DNA of 44,826 nucleotides from a virus (Duplodnaviria; Heunggongvirae; Uroviricota; Caudoviricetes): IMG/VR virus record IMGVR_UViG_2585427971_000012; one strand, 5' to 3'. Shown piece by piece: positions 39,768 to 44,826 of this stretch (position 1 is its first letter; each line of letters starts with the position of its first letter). The notes under the pieces were generated by a model. It saw only the letters and a program-made list of their open reading frames with translations, ran no database searches and was not told where the DNA came from. The position numbers and the translations under genes were made by a program.

Positions 39768-39974
39768 ATGGTTCATCAACATTACGGAACGCAGACCGTT
39801 AATCGCGGTGCGGTCATGCCAGGAATGCTGGTCAAACACAAAGATGGTACCTGGACTGCATCAGCTAATTTACGCGGACGGCTTTATCTGCATCGCGGCA
39901 TCGAGCGCACTTATACCCGTGATTTGCTCGTGGAAGTTTTTCTCGACGGACGCGGCAACGGCCTGAATCACTAA
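39768..39974 (+). CDS. Hypothetical small protein (68 aa) between pL and gam
   Basis: ATG at 39768 preceded by GGCAGGAG; the track ORF (39684..39974) has a weaker upstream start. No arginine-rich motif, so not an N protein. Confidence 0.3.
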   Translation: MVHQHYGTQTVNRGAVMPGMLVKHKDGTWTASANLRGRLYLHRGIERTYTRDLLVEVFLDGRGNGLNH

Positions 39975-40049
39975 TCCCCTTTCCTGTTTACCTAATCAGC
40001 CCGGCATTTCGCAGGCGATATTTTCACAGCCATTTTCAGGAGTTCAGCC

Positions 40050-40346
40050 ATGAACGCTTATTACATTCAGGATCGTCTTGAGGCTCAAAGCTGGGCGCGT
40101 CACTACCAGCAGATCGCCCGTGAAGAGAAAGAGGCAGAACTGGCAGACGACATGGAAAAAGGTCTTCCACAGCACCTGTTTGAATCACTCTGCATCGATC
40201 ATTTGCAACGCTGCGGGGCCAGCAAAAAAGCCATTACCCGTGCGTTTGATGACGATGTTGAGTTTCAGGAGCGCATGGCAGAACACATCCGGTACATGGT
40301 TGAAACCATTGCTCACCACCATGTTGATATTGATTCAGAGGTATAA
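40050..40346 (+). CDS. gam: Gam (RecBCD inhibitor, 98-aa short form)
   Basis: [98 protein letters not shown] matches lambda Gam; an in-frame stop at 39993 precludes the long form. Confidence 0.95.
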   Translation: MNAYYIQDRLEAQSWARHYQQIAREEKEAELADDMEKGLPQHLFESLCIDHLQRCGASKKAITRAFDDDVEFQERMAEHIRYMVETIAHHHVDIDSEV

Positions 40347-40351
40347 AACGG

Positions 40352-41137
40352 ATGAGTACAGCACTCGCAACGCTGGCTGGGAAGCTGGCTGAACGTGTCG
40401 GCATGGATTCTGTCGACCCACAGGAACTGATCACCACTCTTCGTCAGACGGCATTTAAAGGTGATGCCAGCGATGCGCAGTTCATCGCATTGCTGATCGT
40501 CGCCAACCAGTACGGCCTTAATCCGTGGACGAAAGAAATTTACGCCTTCCCTGATAAGCAGAACGGCATCGTTCCGGTGGTGGGCGTTGATGGCTGGTCC
40601 CGCATCATCAATGAAAACCAGCAGTTTGATGGCATGGACTTTGAGCAGGACAATGAATCATGTACGTGCCGGATTTACCGCAAAGACCGCAATCATCCGA
40701 TCTGCGTTACCGAATGGATGGATGAATGCCGCCGCGAACCATTCAAAACTCGCGAAGGCAGAGAAATCACGGGGCCGTGGCAGTCGCATCCCAAACGGAT
40801 GTTACGGCATAAAGCCATGATTCAGTGTGCCCGTCTGGCCTTCGGATTTGCTGGTATCTATGACAAGGATGAAGCCGAGCGCATTGTCGAAAATACTGCA
40901 TACACTGCGGAACGTCAGCCGGAACGCGACATCACTCCGGTTAACGATGAAACCATGCAGGAGATTAACACTCTGCTGATTGCCCTGGACAAAACATGGG
41001 ATGACGACTTATTGCCGCTCTGTTCCCAGATATTTCGCCGCGACATTCGCGCATCGTCAGAACTGACACAGGCCGAAGCAGTGAAAGCTCTTGGATTCCT
41101 GAAACAGAAAGCCACTGAGCAGAAGGTGGCAGCATGA
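40352..41137 (+). CDS. bet: Bet (Red-beta single-strand annealing protein, 261 aa)
   Basis: [86 protein letters not shown]... matches lambda Bet. Confidence 0.95.
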   Translation: MSTALATLAGKLAERVGMDSVDPQELITTLRQTAFKGDASDAQFIALLIVANQYGLNPWTKEIYAFPDKQNGIVPVVGVDGWSRIINENQQFDGMDFEQDNESCTCRIYRKDRNHPICVTEWMDECRREPFKTREGREITGPWQSHPKRMLRHKAMIQCARLAFGFAGIYDKDEAERIVENTAYTAERQPERDITPVNDETMQEINTLLIALDKTWDDDLLPLCSQIFRRDIRASSELTQAEAVKALGFLKQKATEQKVAA

Positions 41138-41814
41138 CACCGGACATTATCCTGCAGCGTACCGGGATCGACGTGAGAGCTGTCGAACAGGGGGATGATG
41201 CATGGCACAAATTACGGCTCGGCGTCATCACCGCTTCAGAAGTTCACAACGTGATAGCAAAGCCCCGCTCAGGAAAGAAGTGGCCTGACATGAAAATGTC
41301 CTACTTCCACACCCTGCTGGCTGAGGTTTGCACCGGTGTGGCTCCGGAAGTTAATGCTAAGGCGCTGGCGTGGGGAAAACAGTACGAGAACGACGCCAGA
41401 ACCCTGTTTGAATTCACTTCCGGCGTGAATGTTACTGAATCCCCGATCATCTATCGCGACGAAAGTATGCGCACCGCCTGCTCTCCCGATGGTTTATGCA
41501 GTGACGGCAATGGCCTTGAGCTGAAATGCCCGTTTACCTCCCGGGATTTCATGAAGTTCCGGCTCGGTGGTTTCGAGGCCATAAAGTCGGCTTACATGGC
41601 CCAGGTGCAGTACAGCATGTGGGTGACACGAAAAGATGCCTGGTACTTTGCCAACTATGACCCACGAATGAAGCGTGAAGGCCTGCATTATGTCGTGGTT
41701 GAGCGGGATGAAAAGTACATGGCGAGTTTTGACGAGATGGTGCCGGAGTTCATCGAAAAAATGGACGAAGCACTGGCTGAAATTGGTTTTGTATTTGGAG
41801 AGCAATGGCGATGA
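41134..41814 (+). CDS. exo: Exo (Red-alpha 5'-3' exonuclease, 226 aa)
   Basis: [65 protein letters not shown]... matches lambda Exo. Confidence 0.95.
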   Translation: MTPDIILQRTGIDVRAVEQGDDAWHKLRLGVITASEVHNVIAKPRSGKKWPDMKMSYFHTLLAEVCTGVAPEVNAKALAWGKQYENDARTLFEFTSGVNVTESPIIYRDESMRTACSPDGLCSDGNGLELKCPFTSRDFMKFRLGGFEAIKSAYMAQVQYSMWVTRKDAWYFANYDPRMKREGLHYVVVERDEKYMASFDEMVPEFIEKMDEALAEIGFVFGEQWR

Positions 41815-41993
41815 CCCATCCTCACGATAATATCCGGGTAGGCGCGATCACTTTCGTCTACTCCGTTACAAAGCGAGGCTGGGTATTTCACGGTCTTTCT
41901 GTTATCCGAAATCCGCTGAAAGCCCAGCGGCTGGCTGAGGAGATAAATAATAAACGGGGGGCGGTATGCACAAAGCATCTCCTGTTGAGTTAA
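41805..41993 (+). CDS. Small early protein (62 aa), lambda orf60a-like by position
   Basis: ORF track; overlaps the exo stop; follows exo as the lambda delta-region small ORFs do. Confidence 0.55.
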   Translation: MAMTHPHDNIRVGAITFVYSVTKRGWVFHGLSVIRNPLKAQRLAEEINNKRGAVCTKHLLLS

Positions 41994-42157
41994 GAACGAG
42001 TATTGATTTGGCACATAGCCTTGCTCAAATTGGAGTCAGGTTTGTGCCAATACCAGCAGAAACAGACGAAGAATTTCATACGTTAGCCACATCCCTTTCA
42101 CAAAAGCTGGAAATGATGGTGGCGAAAGCAGAAGCAGATGAGAGAGACCAGGTATGA
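41966..42157 (+). CDS. Small early protein (63 aa), lambda orf63-like by position
   Basis: ORF track; GGGGGG Shine-Dalgarno upstream; stop overlaps the start of the next small ORF. Confidence 0.55.
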   Translation: MHKASPVELRTSIDLAHSLAQIGVRFVPIPAETDEEFHTLATSLSQKLEMMVAKAEADERDQV

Positions 42158-42237
42158 CAACCACTGAATGCATTTTTCTGGCAGCGGGCTTCATATTCTG
42201 TGTGCTTATGCTTGCCGACATGGGGCTTGTTCAGTGA
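42154..42237 (+). CDS. 27-aa hydrophobic single-helix peptide (MTTTECIFLAAGFIFCVLMLADMGLVQ)
   Basis: Not in the ORF track (<60 aa). Its ATG overlaps the upstream stop (ATGA) and its stop overlaps a downstream GTG start (GTGA), i.e. it is embedded in a translationally coupled chain. Confidence 0.3.
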   Translation: MTTTECIFLAAGFIFCVLMLADMGLVQ

Positions 42238-42449
42238 CACCTCAGCAAGAAAATGCCCTTCGCAGCATTGCCCGTCAGGCTAATTCTGAAATCAAAAAAG
42301 TCAGACAGCAGTTTCCGGATAAAAACGTCAATGACATTTGCCGTAGCGTACTGAAGAAGCACCGCGAAACGGTAACGCTGAAGGGATTCACACCGACTCA
42401 TTTAAGCCTGGCAATCGGCATGTTAAACGGCGTCTTTAAGGAACGATGA
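42234..42449 (+). CDS. Small early protein (71 aa, GTG start), lambda orf61-like by position
   Basis: GTG at 42234 overlapping the peptide stop; (M)TPQQENALRSIARQANSEIKKVRQQFPDKNVNDICRSVLKKHRETVTLKGFTPTHLSLAIGMLNGVFKER. Track ORF is placed in the same frame from 42168. Confidence 0.45.
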   Translation: MTPQQENALRSIARQANSEIKKVRQQFPDKNVNDICRSVLKKHRETVTLKGFTPTHLSLAIGMLNGVFKER

Positions 42450-42547
42450 ACATGAAAAGCAAAATTATCAGGGAGCTACAGGCTCCTTTTTTATTGTTCG
42501 CATTCACCCTCAAGCGTATTAACCAACAGTTCAGGGATTAATGAAAG

Positions 42548-42769
42548 ATGGCAGACATCATTGATTCAGCATCAGAAATAGAAGAATTACAGCGCAACAC
42601 AGCAATAAAAATGCGCCGCCTGAACTACCTGGCTGTATCTGCCACTCATTGTTGTGAGTGTGGCGATCCGATAGATGAACGAAGACGCCTGGCCGTTCAG
42701 GGTTGTCGGACTTGCGCCAGTTGCCAGCAAGATCTGGAGCTTATCCGCAAACAAAGGGGGATTAAGTGA
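42548..42769 (+). CDS. TraR/DksA-family C4 zinc-finger protein (73 aa)
   Basis: CxxC-(17)-CxxC pattern (CCECGDPIDERRRLAVQGCRTCASC) with an acidic N-terminal helix, the signature of TraR/DksA-type RNA-polymerase-binding proteins. Confidence 0.75.
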   Translation: MADIIDSASEIEELQRNTAIKMRRLNYLAVSATHCCECGDPIDERRRLAVQGCRTCASCQQDLELIRKQRGIK

Positions 42770-43095
42770 TGGCTAACCTGCAACTTGCTGTTAAAAGTGA
42801 ATACTTCGATGCCATGATTCGCGGAGAGAAAACGGAAGAGTATCGCTTGTGTAATGACTACTGGAATAAGCGAATTATGTTCCGGGAATATGACCGCCTG
42901 ATTATCACAAAGGGATATCCGAAGCGCGACGATTCCAGTCGCAGAATTGATGTTCCGTATGACGGATATGAAGTGAAGACAATCACACATCCGCACTTTG
43001 GCGATAAACCGGTAAAGGTGTTCGCTATAAAGGTGAATATCAGCACTGAATATCAATCCGCACAACACAAGGTCAAGAATGTTCAGAGTGATTGA
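42769..43095 (+). CDS. ASCH-domain-like protein (108 aa)
   Basis: ATG at 42769 overlaps the upstream stop (TGATG); contains GEKTEEYR, fitting the ASCH GxKxxExR motif. Confidence 0.5.
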   Translation: MANLQLAVKSEYFDAMIRGEKTEEYRLCNDYWNKRIMFREYDRLIITKGYPKRDDSSRRIDVPYDGYEVKTITHPHFGDKPVKVFAIKVNISTEYQSAQHKVKNVQSD

Positions 43096-43318
43096 CCCTA
43101 ACACCTGGTACGTCGACCACCACGGCACTCCCTGCAAAATCCTGCGTTCTACCCACAACAAAGTTCACTACATCCGAAAAGGCAGAACATGTATCGCCAG
43201 CATGTTCCGCTTTAATCATGACTTTGAACCTGTGAATAAAGCTGATGCAGATCGGATAGCAGAAGAGATCGAAACGGCAGAACACATTAAGAAGTTACGT
43301 GACATGCGCAGGAAATAG
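43079..43318 (+). CDS. Hypothetical protein (79 aa)
   Basis: ORF track; AAGG Shine-Dalgarno upstream; no family recognised. Confidence 0.35.
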   Translation: MFRVIDPNTWYVDHHGTPCKILRSTHNKVHYIRKGRTCIASMFRFNHDFEPVNKADADRIAEEIETAEHIKKLRDMRRK

Positions 43319-43457
43319 AAAAATTGATAAATTCAATACTGCATTTCTCAGCATTAAATTTATCTCTATGACCAGTCAAGAGATGTACCTGCCATGAGCT
43401 TAATATCATGTCAGATATATCGGTCACAAACTCCCTCAGCAGCTAAGAGGAGGACAA

Positions 43458-43694
43458 ATGTCTCGACTAATCACTTTACAGGACTGGGCTAAAGAAGAAT
43501 TTGGGGACTTAGCACCAAGTGAGCGAGTTCTGAAAAAATACGCGCAAGGGAAAATGATGGCCCCACCCGCTATAAAAGTTGGTCGCTACTGGATGATTGA
43601 CCGAAATTCCCGTTTTGTAGGAACGCTTGCAGAACCGCAACTCCCAATAAACGCAAACCCAAAACTCCAAAGGATAATCGCTGATGGCTGCTAG
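43458..43694 (+). CDS. xis: Excisionase-like DNA-binding protein (78 aa)
   Basis: Immediately upstream of and overlapping int; LITLQDWAKEEF...PPAIKVGRYWMI resembles the excisionase winged-helix motif; AGGAGG Shine-Dalgarno. Confidence 0.65.
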   Translation: MSRLITLQDWAKEEFGDLAPSERVLKKYAQGKMMAPPAIKVGRYWMIDRNSRFVGTLAEPQLPINANPKLQRIIADGC

Positions 43695-44826
43695 ACCCCG
43701 ATCTCACAAAATCTCTATACCCAATTTATATTGCAAATTAGATAAGCGAACCGGAAAGGTATATTGGCAATACAAACATCCACTATCCGGTCGTTTTCAT
43801 AGCTTAGGAACTGATGAGAATGAAGCAAAACAAGTTGCTACTGAAGCAAATACCATTATTGCTGAACAACGTACCAGACAAATATTAAGCGTCAATGAGC
43901 GTCTGGAAAGAATGAAAGGCAGGCGCTCAGACATTACGGTGACAGAATGGCTTGATAAATATATTTCTATCCAAGAGGACAGGCTGCAACATAATGAACT
44001 AAGACCCAACTCCTATCGGCAAAAAGGCAAACCCATTCGTCTTTTCCGTGAGCATTGTGGAATGCAACACCTCAAGGATATTACCGCACTTGATATTGCC
44101 GAAATAATTGATGCTGTAAAGGCTGAAGGTCATAACAGGATGGCGCAAGTCGTGAGAATGGTGTTGATCGACGTCTTCAAAGAAGCACAACACGCAGGAC
44201 ATGTTCCGCCAGGATTTAACCCAGCGCAGGCAACAAAACAACCGCGAAATCGAGTAAACCGCCAAAGATTGTCACTGCCCGAATGGCAGGCAATATTTGA
44301 CAGCGTAAGCAGACGGCAGCCCTATTTAAAATGCGGCATGCTACTTGCTCTTGTTACTGGACAACGTTTAGGCGATATCTGCAATTTGAAATTCTCTGAT
44401 ATATGGGACGACATGTTGCACATTACTCAGGAAAAAACCGGTTCAAAACTTGCTATTCCGCTTAACCTGAAATGCGATGCTCTGAATATTACCCTTCGTG
44501 AAGTTATATCTCAGTGCAGGGATGCTGTTGTTAGTAAATATCTGGTCCATTACCGTCACACTACCTCTCAAGCAAACAGAGGAGACCAGGTTTCTGCAAA
44601 TACTCTGACAACGGCTTTTAAAAAGGCCCGGGAAAAATGTGGCATAAAATGGGAGCAAGGAACTGCGCCCACATTTCATGAGCAGCGATCTCTGTCAGAA
44701 CGGTTATATCGGGAACAGGGTCTGGATACGCAAAAGTTGTTAGGCCATAAATCCAGAAAAATGACCGACCGATACAATGATGATCGTGGTAAAGACTGGA
44801 TTATCGTAGATATCAAAACAGCATAG
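43684..44826 (+). CDS. int: Tyrosine-recombinase integrase (380 aa)
   Basis: ORF track; size and domain order of phage integrases; C-terminal catalytic region with ...LLGHKSRKMTDRY... (His/Arg/Tyr candidates); stop codon is the last 3 nt of the window. Confidence 0.9.
   Translation: MAARPRSHKISIPNLYCKLDKRTGKVYWQYKHPLSGRFHSLGTDENEAKQVATEANTIIAEQRTRQILSVNERLERMKGRRSDITVTEWLDKYISIQEDRLQHNELRPNSYRQKGKPIRLFREHCGMQHLKDITALDIAEIIDAVKAEGHNRMAQVVRMVLIDVFKEAQHAGHVPPGFNPAQATKQPRNRVNRQRLSLPEWQAIFDSVSRRQPYLKCGMLLALVTGQRLGDICNLKFSDIWDDMLHITQEKTGSKLAIPLNLKCDALNITLREVISQCRDAVVSKYLVHYRHTTSQANRGDQVSANTLTTAFKKAREKCGIKWEQGTAPTFHEQRSLSERLYREQGLDTQKLLGHKSRKMTDRYNDDRGKDWIIVDIKTA

Noticed and set aside
39930-40049. 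Long (138-aa) form of Gam starting upstream of 40050
   Set aside because: An in-frame stop codon at 39993..39995 interrupts the upstream extension; only the 98-aa form is supported.

Overview
The whole window lies inside one lambdoid (lambda-like) prophage of an enterobacterial host, probably E. coli, running from the tail-fibre end (low coordinates) to the integrase (stop codon at 44824..44826). All identifications come from reading the ORF translations and sequence by eye and comparing with lambda/DLP12/Rac proteins as recalled from memory; no search or computation was run. Minus strand, 21519 down to 673: a complete lambda-type late operon (Nu1, A, W, B, C/Nu3, D, E, FI, FII, Z, U, V, G/G-T, H, M, L, K, I, J, Stf-like fibre) preceded by a lambda-like cos site (cosN 21697..21708). 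Above cos: bor, a TonB-C-domain lipoprotein, a lysis cassette (holin, R, Rz/Rz1), a Cys-free Q-position regulator, a DLP12-like nin region (ybcN-ninE-ybcO-rusA-ylcG), replication genes P and O with an internal iteron origin, a YdaS/YdaT-like Cro/CII pair, an S24-type CI repressor with tripartite operators, then gam-bet-exo, small early genes, xis and int. No N gene is present. The main non-phage content is a cargo module between P and the nin region: an intimin/invasin-family inverse autotransporter adhesin (1421 aa, three near-identical 357-bp tandem repeats) and a lipoprotein alpha/beta-hydrolase split by an IS66-family insertion with a perfect 8-bp target duplication. I see no CRISPR array, tRNA, reverse transcriptase or toxin cassette.
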